A stretch of DNA of 64,000 nt from an uncultured delta proteobacterium (GTDB taxonomy: Bacteria; Desulfobacterota; Desulfobacteria; Desulfobacterales; UBA11574), in contig CAVPLW010000006.1 in the NCBI GenBank assembly GCA_963706295.1, positions 337,277 to 401,276 on the forward strand, in the 5' to 3' direction. Under the pieces are notes generated by a model. The model was not told where the DNA came from. It saw only the letters and a list, made by a program, of their open reading frames with translations, and did not search any database. Every line of letters starts with the position of its first letter. Positions within the stretch are counted from its first letter, which is position 1. Below are positions 38,746 through 49,279 of this stretch, piece after piece. A program made the translations under genes and the position numbers.

Positions 38746-38946
38746 ATGATTACTAAATTTATAAAATATTTACCCTCTAAAAATGTTAAATACAGATTCG
38801 ATTTCGAAATCGGTTATCTTACTAAAAGTCCTTGTAAAGAGTGTTCACATAGAAGGGATTTCCCCGGATGTGAAGACGATTGTCGTATCCTGGACAAGAT
38901 ACACACTGTTTTGTCCGAGGTTGTCTCCTGTTCGAGGCGAAGTTAG
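38746..38946 (+). CDS. Small Cys-rich protein (66 aa), hypothetical
   Basis: SPCKECSHRRDFPGCEDDCRILDKIH carries four Cys in a CxxC...C...C layout. It lies immediately upstream of pgi. Confidence 0.4.
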   Translation: MITKFIKYLPSKNVKYRFDFEIGYLTKSPCKECSHRRDFPGCEDDCRILDKIHTVLSEVVSCSRRS

Positions 38947-38970
38947 TTCGATCATCTTCTGGAGGACCGC

Positions 38971-40593
38971 ATGACCCAGTTTAAACACAATGAAAATCCG
39001 ACTTGGAATCGGTTGATACAACGTGCCGATACTATGAATCTACCTGAAAAACATTTAAAACACCTGCTTACGGACAACAACCGTCTCGATAAATTTTCTT
39101 TAAAAGCTGCCGGCATTTTTTATGATTTTTCCCGCCAGAGAGTCGACGAGAAAACTATGGATCACTTGATCGAATTGGCTGAATTTAGAAAGTTAAAGCA
39201 ACGGTTTGACGATATGGTCAGCGGTAAAAAACTCAATGTCACGGAAAATCGGCCGGCGCTTCACACGGCGGCAAGAAATTTTTCCGATGATCCTGTTTTG
39301 GTCGACGGTAAAGACGTCATGCCTTCTATACGTAAAGTTCGAAAAGACATTAAAACATTCGTTTCAACCATTCATGAGGGGAAAATCGCCGGATCCACTG
39401 GAAAACCATTTAATACCGTGGTCGTTATCGGAATCGGAGGATCATACCTTGGCACCGAGTTCGTGGCCAATGCACTCCATGCTCTGGGGGACAAAAATAT
39501 GAAGATGATGTTTCTTTCCAATGTTGATATCCATAACTTCGGAAAGATTGCATCCGTCATCGATGTTGAAAGAACCCTTTGGATTGTCATTTCAAAAAGC
39601 TATACCACGGCGGAAACCATGGCCAATGTGAATCAGGTCCGCGCTTTTATTGAAGAAAAGGGTCTTGATCCTGCCAAACATTTTGTAACGGTAACCAGCA
39701 AGGGATCTCCGGGAGACGATTCAGCAAATCCGGTCCTTTCCTCATTTCATATGTTTGATTTCATCGGGGGAAGATACAGTGTTACCTCTGCCGTAGGCGG
39801 TGTGCCGCTGAGCCTTTATCTTGGGTATGAGCGGTTTGAACGGTTTTTAAAAGGTGCTGAAGAAATGGATCTGCATGCCCGGCATGCAACGGAAAGGGAA
39901 AATATTCCGCTCGTGGCCGCTTTAATTTCGGTTTGGAACAACAATTTCTTGGGTTATCCGGCACAAGCCATTATCCCCTATGCATCACCGCTTTCCAAAC
40001 TTGCAGCACATATCCAACAACTCAGTATGGAAAGTAACGGCAAATCGGTCACAAAGGACGGCAATCCACTGAATGAACCAACAGGAGGTATCATTTTTGG
40101 AGAACCGGGCACCAATGCGCAGCATTCATTCTTTCAACTGGCCCATCAGGGAAGGGCTTTTCCCATTGATTTTATCGGTGTCATTCATCCCCATTATAAT
40201 CAGTATCAGAACCAATCAAAAGGGGTGACCAACCATCAAGAACTCTGGTCAAATCTCATCGCGCAGCCCACCGCCCTTGCCCAGGGAAAGAAAGACGCAA
40301 ACCCTGCAAAATCGTTTTCAGGAAATCGGCCGTCTTCAACCATTCTTTTAAACGATCTCTCCCCTGAAAACATCGGTCGTCTTCTTGCCTTTTATGAGGC
40401 CAAAACGGTTTTTGAAGCCTTTATCTGGGGCATAAATCCCTTTGATCAATTTGGCGTGGAACTGGGCAAAATCCTGGCCACAGATATTCGAAAAGAAATG
40501 GCTATGAAAAATCAAGACAAGTCGCACACTTTTGAGAATGTCGATCCCATCACCAAATTTTATCTGGATACCCTTTTTTCTGATTGCCTTTGA
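38971..40593 (+). CDS. pgi: Glucose-6-phosphate isomerase
   Basis: VVIGIGGSYLG, ISKSYTTAET and the C-terminal PGI signature region are present in a 540-aa protein. Confidence 0.93.
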   Translation: MTQFKHNENPTWNRLIQRADTMNLPEKHLKHLLTDNNRLDKFSLKAAGIFYDFSRQRVDEKTMDHLIELAEFRKLKQRFDDMVSGKKLNVTENRPALHTAARNFSDDPVLVDGKDVMPSIRKVRKDIKTFVSTIHEGKIAGSTGKPFNTVVVIGIGGSYLGTEFVANALHALGDKNMKMMFLSNVDIHNFGKIASVIDVERTLWIVISKSYTTAETMANVNQVRAFIEEKGLDPAKHFVTVTSKGSPGDDSANPVLSSFHMFDFIGGRYSVTSAVGGVPLSLYLGYERFERFLKGAEEMDLHARHATERENIPLVAALISVWNNNFLGYPAQAIIPYASPLSKLAAHIQQLSMESNGKSVTKDGNPLNEPTGGIIFGEPGTNAQHSFFQLAHQGRAFPIDFIGVIHPHYNQYQNQSKGVTNHQELWSNLIAQPTALAQGKKDANPAKSFSGNRPSSTILLNDLSPENIGRLLAFYEAKTVFEAFIWGINPFDQFGVELGKILATDIRKEMAMKNQDKSHTFENVDPITKFYLDTLFSDCL

Positions 40594-40615
40594 GAATGTC
40601 GCAAGTTAAACGTTT

Positions 40616-41629
40616 TTATTCTGCGAATCGATAGATTACTGCTCCCCAAGTCAATCCTGCACCCAGTGCCAGAAAAACAACCGTGCTGCCCTTGCCGATA
40701 CGGTTTTTCTCAAGGGCTTCATCCAACGCGATGGGTATGCTCGCTGCTGTTGTATTTCCATATTGCTGAATATTGTTAAACACTTTTTCCGGAGACACAT
40801 TCATCAGATTTGCAAATGCTTCGTTGATACGAAGATTGGCCTGATGCGGAATGAAAAGGTCAATGTCGTCCAATGAAAGATTCGCTTTTTTCAAAACCGT
40901 TTTGGTAACCTCTGAAAGTCTTTTAACAGCGGTTTTAAATACCAGTCTGCCGTCCATTACCGGATAATGGCGACCCTCTGTCATCATCTCTTTACTTAAA
41001 AAAGGGCTCATTTTGTGAGACGGCAGTTCCATCATAAGGGCATTTGCCAGTTCTCCCTGAGCGTGAAGTACAGAGGATATAACACCCACAGATTCCTCGG
41101 TTTCAACGCCCTCCAGGCAAGCGGCACCTGCACCGTCACCGAATATGACCGACACATGGCGACCCCGGGTGGAAATGTCGAGTGCCGTGCTATGAACTTC
41201 AGCACCGACCAAAAGAATCCGATTTGCATGCCCGCTTTGAATAAACGCGTCAGCAGTGGTTAACCCATAAATAAACCCTGTACATTGCTGCCGGATATCA
41301 AGGGCAGGCGTTGTTTTAAGCCCGAGTTTATGCTGCAAGATACACCCTGAACCCGGGAAATAGATATCCGGGCTCAAGGTTCCGAATATAATGAGATCAA
41401 TATCTTCAGGATACCATCCCGCGCGCTTAAGGGCAATTTTTGCAGCCTCAAGACCGAGATCCGAAGATCCAATGCCACCGTTTTCTGGGACCCAGTGTCT
41501 TTGCTCTATTCCGGTCCGTTGTCGAATCCATTCGTCTGACGTATCCATCCATTGTGAAAGATCATCGTTTGTTACAATACGTGGCGGCACAAAACGACCG
41601 GTTCCTTTTATCATTGTTTTTTTCATCAA
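40616..41629 (-). CDS. fabH: 3-oxoacyl-ACP synthase III
   Basis: The active-site Cys context ALDIRQQCTGFIYGL is present, together with HQAN and GNTTAASIP. Confidence 0.92.
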   Translation of the reverse strand: MMKKTMIKGTGRFVPPRIVTNDDLSQWMDTSDEWIRQRTGIEQRHWVPENGGIGSSDLGLEAAKIALKRAGWYPEDIDLIIFGTLSPDIYFPGSGCILQHKLGLKTTPALDIRQQCTGFIYGLTTADAFIQSGHANRILLVGAEVHSTALDISTRGRHVSVIFGDGAGAACLEGVETEESVGVISSVLHAQGELANALMMELPSHKMSPFLSKEMMTEGRHYPVMDGRLVFKTAVKRLSEVTKTVLKKANLSLDDIDLFIPHQANLRINEAFANLMNVSPEKVFNNIQQYGNTTAASIPIALDEALEKNRIGKGSTVVFLALGAGLTWGAVIYRFAE

Positions 41630-41758
41630 GGTTCCCTGTTAACGTATTGGTATTTTTATAATTGAGTTGGATTATTAACTCCCGCCTTCGTTGGAGTGAC
41701 GACTATTTCGGCTTTTTACAAAACCATCAAATTTAGTTCACTTCAAAATTTAGTTCAG

Positions 41759-43627
41759 TTAATCTGTTTCTTCCCACAACGCATCCTTCAACCCTGAGTT
41801 GCGGTTAATTTTACGCAATATGGTGGTTTTAATGATCCCTTCCCTACCCCAAATCGAAATATGGTTTTTGGCTCTGGTAATCCCTGTGTAAAGAAGTTCA
41901 CGAGTTAATACAGGATAATCCTGGTTCGGTAAAATAAGAAGGACCGTCTCAAACTCTGACCCCTGACTTTTGTGAACAGTCATTGCATAAGCTGTTTCGT
42001 GTTCCGGAAGCCGATATGGAAGAAACCGCCTGAGTTTACCGGCAACACCTGAAAAGTAAACATACAAATCTTTGCTTTTTGAATCCGGTTCAGACATGGT
42101 GATTCCGATATCTCCATTAAAAAGTTCCAAGCTGTAATCGTTACGCGTAATCAGAACAGGTCTTCCTCTGTACCATGGATAGGTTGATAAATTATCGAGT
42201 TCGATAAAGCCGTTCCGGTTTAATATTTCCTCCGTCAATCTGTTTATTTCAATAACACCCAATGCGCCAAATTTGACGGCACAGAGTATCCTGAATCGAT
42301 TAAACAGCTCAAGTGCTCTGTGAGGATCACGGCAATTAAGATAATCTGAATATCCATTGATGACTTCTTTTGACAGGGCCATTGAAAGATCGTTAGGGCC
42401 TGAGATCTTTTTCCAATCGATTTGATCCGGATTGCTTTTAAGGGTTGAGAAAGTTTCATCAAATTTGCCGTTATTTACAGCTCGGCTGCATTCTCCAATT
42501 CCACTGGTATCTGTAAATCGATAACTCTTTTTTAGAACAACCATACAGTCATAAAGGCCCGGATTGTCTTTAAGTTTCTTGCTCGAGACTTCCATTTTAC
42601 ACTGGGTTAGCTTCTCAAACTGTTTGTAAAAATATTTCGAAAATAAGTGGACATTGTCCCTGTCACAGATATCTGACATTACAAAACCTGCTTCCACTGA
42701 AGCAAGCTGATCCCTGTCTCCAATGAGTATGACTCTGGCATCATTTTTCACAGCTGAAAGGAGTTTGGACATCAACGCAAGATCCACCATTGAAACTTCA
42801 TCCACCACTACGATGTCGGCAGTGAGAGGATTTTCAGCATTATGGTAAAAATATGGGGAGCCAGGAATTGTTTTCAGCATTCTGTGAATCGTGTATGCCT
42901 CGGAAGGTATGGCATCAATAATATCATCGCTACAGTTGAGTGTTTTTTTTGCAGCCTTAATTGATTCACCGATCCTTGCCGCTGCTTTTCCTGTGGGCGC
43001 GGCGAGTAAAATGCTGAGTTTATCTTTTCGGGATAGCTCTAAAAGAAGGGCAAGAATTTTTGCCGTCGTGAAAGTTTTGCCGGTTCCCGGACCTCCGGTA
43101 ATGACACAAAACTTTTTAAACGCAGCGATAACCCCGGCCACTTTGTGCCAATTGAATTCATCAGTCCCAATATTTGGAAAAAGCCTGTTTAGGCTGTCTT
43201 TTAAAGTGGATCCATCTATTCCCTGAATATCTTCCTTGATGCGGCTTTTGATTGTATTTGAAAGTCTGTTTTCGTAATCCCAATATCTATAAAGGTAGAG
43301 TCTGTTTTTTTCATCGAGTATCAGGGGACGAAATTCACCGGGTCTTCCCACCACCCGGCTTTGGCTTAAAGTTTTTAACCACTCTGAAAGTTTCGGACTT
43401 TTAAATCTATCTTCACCATCAATTTCTAAAAGGATCGGCTTTCGGGCTATAGAATTGAGGTCAAGATACCCATCTCCGTCGCCGGTTGCACGACTGACAA
43501 AGGCAGCAGCAAGAAAAATATCCGGATTATCACTTTTATCAAAACTTGTGACAAACTTGGCAAAATGAACATCTATATCAGAAAGATATCCTTTATCAAT
43601 TAAATTGGCTAAACTATCTTTGTTCAT
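41759..43627 (-). CDS. recD: Exodeoxyribonuclease V alpha subunit
   Basis: Walker A ITGGPGTGKTFT, Walker B VVVDEVSMVD, and the SF1 helicase motifs VILIGDRDQL and MTVHKSQGSEF are present. Confidence 0.9.
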   Translation of the reverse strand: MNKDSLANLIDKGYLSDIDVHFAKFVTSFDKSDNPDIFLAAAFVSRATGDGDGYLDLNSIARKPILLEIDGEDRFKSPKLSEWLKTLSQSRVVGRPGEFRPLILDEKNRLYLYRYWDYENRLSNTIKSRIKEDIQGIDGSTLKDSLNRLFPNIGTDEFNWHKVAGVIAAFKKFCVITGGPGTGKTFTTAKILALLLELSRKDKLSILLAAPTGKAAARIGESIKAAKKTLNCSDDIIDAIPSEAYTIHRMLKTIPGSPYFYHNAENPLTADIVVVDEVSMVDLALMSKLLSAVKNDARVILIGDRDQLASVEAGFVMSDICDRDNVHLFSKYFYKQFEKLTQCKMEVSSKKLKDNPGLYDCMVVLKKSYRFTDTSGIGECSRAVNNGKFDETFSTLKSNPDQIDWKKISGPNDLSMALSKEVINGYSDYLNCRDPHRALELFNRFRILCAVKFGALGVIEINRLTEEILNRNGFIELDNLSTYPWYRGRPVLITRNDYSLELFNGDIGITMSEPDSKSKDLYVYFSGVAGKLRRFLPYRLPEHETAYAMTVHKSQGSEFETVLLILPNQDYPVLTRELLYTGITRAKNHISIWGREGIIKTTILRKINRNSGLKDALWEETD

Positions 43628-43708
43628 TTAATACATTAATTAAAGGGTAAAGCGGTTTTATTAAAAAATCTTCAATATTCAATTTTGAACCGGTTCATCC
43701 GGGTTGGG

Positions 43709-46700
43709 TTATTTTCCATCTAATATAAGCTCCGCAAGAAGAGCATCAACAAGGGTTTTATCAGGAATATCTTTGTAAATACCGAATTGAGGGCCTTTGT
43801 CCGGATCCACCCCTCTTATAAAGATGTAAAAAACACCGCCAAAATGTCGTTCATAGCTAAATTCAGGTATTCTCAGCTGAAGGTATTGATGAAGTGCCAG
43901 GACATATAAATGATATTGCAAAATGTAAAAATCCCTGCTCATCACATTATTCAAAACATTTTTGCCATAGTCTTCAACGCTGCTTCCTAAATAGTTCGAT
44001 TTCCAGTCCACCAACCAAAAACGATCCTGGTCATGAAAAACCATATCGATGTAACCTTTCATAAAACCTTTGGTTAAAGAAAAGCTGAGCTTACCAAGCC
44101 GGTCCGGAAAATCATCAACAAGATCGATGCCCCCATAATCAGCAAATATCTTTCTGAGTCGATTCGGTGACAGCGGTTTGAGTGGAAAATAAAACTCCAT
44201 TTCATTGATCCTGTTGCGGCATTGAACGGAAGAAAGCATCAAAGTGGTTTTGTTTATGGAAAGTGGTACTGAAAGAACATTGTCCACCATGGCACAGACA
44301 GGTTTTAGCCATTTGGATTCAAATCTGTAATCCTTTAATTTGTTTGATATCAATTTTATTCTTTCTTCTGTACAGCTTTCAGCAAAATCAAGATGTTCAA
44401 AAACGTCATGGAAGAATATCCCGGCCCGGGTTCCTTTTGGAAATGAAAAAATGTTTTCATTTGTAAATAAATGCGAATCGTTTTCCGTTATAGGTGTATA
44501 CAAATCATGGGATACGTCACGATCCGGAAGTTCTGCATCCAGTGTCCGTTGTGATATGAGACGTGAAAAACTGGAGATGTTCCATGTGGTATCAATTTTT
44601 CCTGAAAAATGTCTGCAAGACAACCCTTCCTTTTTATCCTCTTCTGCCAAGTATTCCATGGTATCGTCAAGCGGTAGCGGAACAATTTTTATTGACCCTT
44701 CTGACTTGGTTGATAGCTGTTTTAAGTCTTCGAGCAAATCCTCTTCGTTTTTTTCTAAAACATCTTCTCTTAAAGATGTCAGCAGATTTTCTCTTAAAAT
44801 ATCTTCTGATTGCCCTTTATAATGTAACAGATAAGCGATGGCAGAAGTTTCAGCGGTATTGAATCTACCCCATACAAGATAACATTTATGTATCGCTCGT
44901 GTTATTGCAACATAAAGCAACCTCAGGTTTTCAGCCAGGCGTTCATTTTGAGCAATGGCAAGGTGTGTGCCGAAGTTTTTTGAACCAAGATCAAGGGTGA
45001 GGGTTTCATTTTTATCCGTGTCATGGAACAGAATCTCGCGGTCTTCAATTAAGGACCCCTCCCATGCAAAGGGACAAAACACAACAGGGAACTCAAGACC
45101 TTTACTTTTGTGAATGGTGATAATTTGTACGGCCTGATCATCGCTTTCAAGACGAAGTTGATGCGTTTCAGATTCAGGTACTTCAGCGTTTCTTTGTTCT
45201 GAAAGCCATTTAAGCAGACCGGTGATACCAAGCTTTTTTTCAGATGATTCCTGATGTAGAATTTCTGCCAAATGGAGTAGATTGGTCAGTCTCCTTTCAC
45301 CGTCAGGAAAACTCAAAAGGCGTTCCCTAACCTTTTCCTCGGCCATCAACAGCCGAAACATCCGGATAAAGCCATACCGTGTCCATAAGCGAAAATATTC
45401 TCTGAACCTGCTGTATTTGGCTTCCAACCAGAACGGTTCCCCGCCGACCGAATCGAGGTCTTCTCCAAAAACACCGAGGATATCGGTCACAACCGCGGCA
45501 TTAAATGCCCTTTCGTTTCCGGGTTCGGCAATGCTTAACAGAATTCTTTCCATTTCCATTGCCTCATGGGTATGGAATATGTTTCCTGTATGATGGAGAA
45601 CCGATGGGATACTTTTTAATGAAAGGTTCTTTTTTATTATCTGCGCCTGTCGATTTGTTCTGACAAGAACAGCAATATCTTTTGCATTAATGCCATGGGA
45701 GAGATTGTTTTTATTTTCCAGAGATAAGGTGGGATATTTCACCCGCAACCGCCCTTGCGATGAGTGGTACAGCCTCGGTTTTATTCAGTGGTTTAGCTGT
45801 GTTGGCATTTTTGTTTGCTCCCAAATACCATAATGTCAACGCCGGTAAAGATCTTTCGTTCATCGACTTGATTTTCTTTCCGGAAATACCCTTTTCAAAT
45901 CCAATCTTATCAAAGACAAACGGTGCATTTATATTTGAGAATATGGTATTTACTGCGGTTATCAAATTGGGATTTGATCGCCAGTTTTTTATCAAGGTAT
46001 ATTTTGAATCTGTGTTTCGCACAGCTTTCATATAAGAAAAAATATCTGCTCCCCGGAAACTGTATATGGATTGTTTTGGATCTCCGATCATAAAAAGTGT
46101 GCTCTTTTTTGAATCGAAAATCCGGGTAAAAATGATATACTGAAAAGAATCCGTATCTTGAAATTCATCAACAAGGGCGGCACTGTATTTTTTCCGAATT
46201 ATTTGAGCGAGCTTTTTCCCACCGGTATCTTCGAGTGCATTTTTAAGCTTTATTAAAAGATCGTCATAGAATTGAATATTGTTTTGTTTTTTTCTTACCA
46301 AAAGCTGTTCCCGGGTGAATTTGAAACACTGGGCCTTAAAATACATCAAATATGTTTCCATCTCAGATTCAAGGAAAACACCTTTGTGGTAAAGTTTATC
46401 ACAGATATCAAAATATTCATGTGAAAGGGGTCTACAATTTTTCCGGGTCGAATTTTCTATTTTGGCTGCGGTAAATTTTTCAAAACCTTTAAATAAAGGA
46501 AAACCGCTAGATTTTTCATCAACAAACTTGTCCATTAATGCGATCATGGAGGCAACCATCAGGTCTCTTTTTGAAACATCCATTTGCATTGTTACTGATT
46601 TCAAACTGCCATAAATTGATCCGCTAAGAGATGAATCTTTCAACAAATGTGTCACCTGGATACGTGATTTTGGCCAAATAGTTTGCAGTCTTTTGAACAT

Positions 46701-47336
46701 CGCTCTAAAGTCATTAAGGCTTGTCAAATCAGGCTGTTCAAGCTCTGGAACAATCTTTATATCTGCGGTTCTATTTTTTGTCAGAAGCCTTAAAAAATAC
46801 TCTGGTCCGGATATTTTTTTTAGGAGAAAACTTATAAATTCCATGGGCAAACTGTAAAAATGTTTTCTCCAGAAATCATCCACAATTTCCCGTGTCAAAC
46901 TTGTGGGATCGGCCACAAGTTCTGTGTCGAACAAACTCTGTGTTTCAAAAGCATTCTCATGGAGAATCCGCTGACAAAAACCGTGTATGGTAAATATCGC
47001 GGCATTGTCAAATTCCATCACCGCATCTTGAATCAATTGAATTGCTAAATCCCGATTATCATATTTTTTAACAATGGTTTTGATGAAGACATCATGACTC
47101 GAATCCTTTAAAAAAGCGGATTTTGCATCCAAAAGCGTGTTGCGGATTCTTTCTTTAAGCTCTTCAGTGGCAGCCTTGGTAAACGTTACCACCAGTATTT
47201 GATTTACCGTTAATTGTTTTTCGAGAATAAGTCTTAAAAAGAGGCCGGCAATGGTATAGGTCTTACCGGTACCTGCGCTTGCCTCAATGAGATTGGTTCC
47301 TGTGAGGGGAGTGTTGATTGGATCAAAAATTTTCAT
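43709..47336 (-). pseudogene. recB: Exodeoxyribonuclease V beta subunit interrupted by a single frameshift (ORFs 45711..47336 and 43709..45748)
   Basis: The N-terminal ORF has UvrD-type motif I (EASAGTGKTYTIAG). The C-terminal ORF has the helicase C-domain (ITIHKSKGLEFPVVF) and the RecB nuclease motif (GYIDMVFHDQDRFWLVDWKSNYLG). The two frames overlap at a T5-A-T4 tract (45708-45717). Confidence 0.85.
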
Positions 47337-47343
47337 ATACTGG

Positions 47344-48696
47344 TTAAAAATCGTAGATGCCCATGTAGTTTTCAGGTGAAATCTTTTTTAATTCGTCTTT
47401 AACGGTTTGTGTAACATCTAAACTTTCTATAAATTCTAAAATTGTGTTGCGGTCAATGTGTGAATGGACCCGTGTCAATGCTTTCAAAGCTTCATAGGGT
47501 TCCGGATATCCTTCCCTGCGCAAAATTGTTTGAATCGCCTCAGTCACAACCGCCCAATTTTTCTGCAAGTCATTTTGAATCGCTTCATTATTTAGGAGCA
47601 ATTTGTCCAGCCCTTTTAGCAATGATTTAAAGGCAATCAGAGTATGGGCCAACGGCACACCGATATTTCTTGTAACCGTGGAGTCGGTCAAGTCTCTCTG
47701 CAGTCGCGAAATCGGGAGCTTTGAGGAAAGATGCGCGAAGATCGCATTTGCCACTCCCAGATTTCCTTCTGAATTTTCGAAGTCAATGGGATTGACCTTG
47801 TGGGGCATGGTTGAAGATCCCACTTCATTCTCTTTGATCTTTTGCATGAAGTAATTCATTGAGATATACAACCATAAGTCTTGATTCATATCAATGAGAA
47901 TGGTATTGATTCTTTTAAGGTTATCACAAAATGCGGCCAGATGATCATAATGCTCAATCTGAGTCGTCATTTTTGATCGTTCAAGGCATAGCACTTCGTT
48001 CACAAAATAATTTCCGAATGCAATCCAGTCGATGTTTGGATAGGTAACATAATGCGCGTTGAAATTACCCGTTGCCCCACCAAATTTTGCTGAAAATGGA
48101 ATTGTTTTCAACAGGGCTTTTTGTTTTTTCAATCGCTCGACAAAAACATAAAGTTCTTTGCCCAGGCTTGTGGGCGAGGCCGGCTGGCCATGGGTTCGAG
48201 CCAGCATAGGAACATGTTTCCATTGTTTTGCTTTTTCAATTAATGTTGCCACAACCTGTTCCAAAACCGGTTCCATAATTTCTATCCAGGCTTCTTTTAA
48301 CGAACAGGGTATCGCCGTGTTATTAATATCCTGAGATGTTAAGCCAAAATGGATAAATTCTTTGTAACGATGCAATCCCAGCTCCTCAAATGCTTCTTTG
48401 AGATAATATTCAACCGCCTTGACGTCGTGGTTGGTCACCCGCTCGATGTCTTTTATTTTTTGAGCATCTTCATGAGAAAATTTTTTATAAAGACGCCTCA
48501 AGCTTTCAAACATGCTCTTATCAACATCTTCCAGTTGAGGCAGCGGCAGATTGCATAATGCAATAAAATATTCGACTTCAACTCGAACACGATATCTTAT
48601 CAATGCACCTTCTGAAAAATATTCTGCAAGCTTTTCAACAGTTTTTCGATAACGGCCGTCAACAGGAGAAATTGCACTTAAAGATGTAAGTTCCAT
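47344..48696 (-). CDS. purB: Adenylosuccinate lyase
   Basis: The fumarate-lyase signature SSTMPHKVNP and the N-terminus SPVDGRY are present in a 450-aa protein. Confidence 0.94.
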   Translation of the reverse strand: MELTSLSAISPVDGRYRKTVEKLAEYFSEGALIRYRVRVEVEYFIALCNLPLPQLEDVDKSMFESLRRLYKKFSHEDAQKIKDIERVTNHDVKAVEYYLKEAFEELGLHRYKEFIHFGLTSQDINNTAIPCSLKEAWIEIMEPVLEQVVATLIEKAKQWKHVPMLARTHGQPASPTSLGKELYVFVERLKKQKALLKTIPFSAKFGGATGNFNAHYVTYPNIDWIAFGNYFVNEVLCLERSKMTTQIEHYDHLAAFCDNLKRINTILIDMNQDLWLYISMNYFMQKIKENEVGSSTMPHKVNPIDFENSEGNLGVANAIFAHLSSKLPISRLQRDLTDSTVTRNIGVPLAHTLIAFKSLLKGLDKLLLNNEAIQNDLQKNWAVVTEAIQTILRREGYPEPYEALKALTRVHSHIDRNTILEFIESLDVTQTVKDELKKISPENYMGIYDF

Positions 48697-48945
48697 GATG
48701 TTTTATTCCTATTTGACAATGATTTAAAATGAAAATATGCGTATTGCACAAGAAATGTAAGATAATGCGGTAAACGTGTCAAGCAAATGATAATTTCAAG
48801 GAGCACCCTAAAAAAAGGATGCGAGACTTGAATTATAACTTGCTGAAAATATTTTAATAAAATTATTTGACAAAAAATTAAAAAAATTGATAAGTACAAA
48901 ATACTAAACACCAAAGTGTGTTAATCCTGAGAAAGGAGAGGAATC

Positions 48946-49266
48946 ATGGCAGAAATGAAAATCAGTTATGATGGCAATTACCCAACCGTTGAAATTAATT
49001 TTTTCCTAAATGAGGCAAGAGAAGATTACAGCATTAAATTGCCGATGTCAAAAATGTGGTATAAAGACATCATTTATGAAATAGAGAAAGTTGCAGAAGA
49101 AGAAAAAAAGAAGGCAGGAAAATATTTGAATGAAGACAATCGGCAAATGATGACCCACTCCTTTGATATATATTCAAAGTTAATAGAGATCGGCAAAGAG
49201 CTTAGAAAAGATTTAGAAACGGATTCAGAAGGTATTAAATTAAGTGACACTTCTGGAGGTTTGTAG
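48946..49266 (+). CDS. Hypothetical protein (106 aa)
   Basis: An ATG ORF preceded by GGAGAGG. No family was recognised. Confidence 0.45.
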   Translation: MAEMKISYDGNYPTVEINFFLNEAREDYSIKLPMSKMWYKDIIYEIEKVAEEEKKKAGKYLNEDNRQMMTHSFDIYSKLIEIGKELRKDLETDSEGIKLSDTSGGL

Positions 49267-49279
49267 AAGATAAAAAAAA

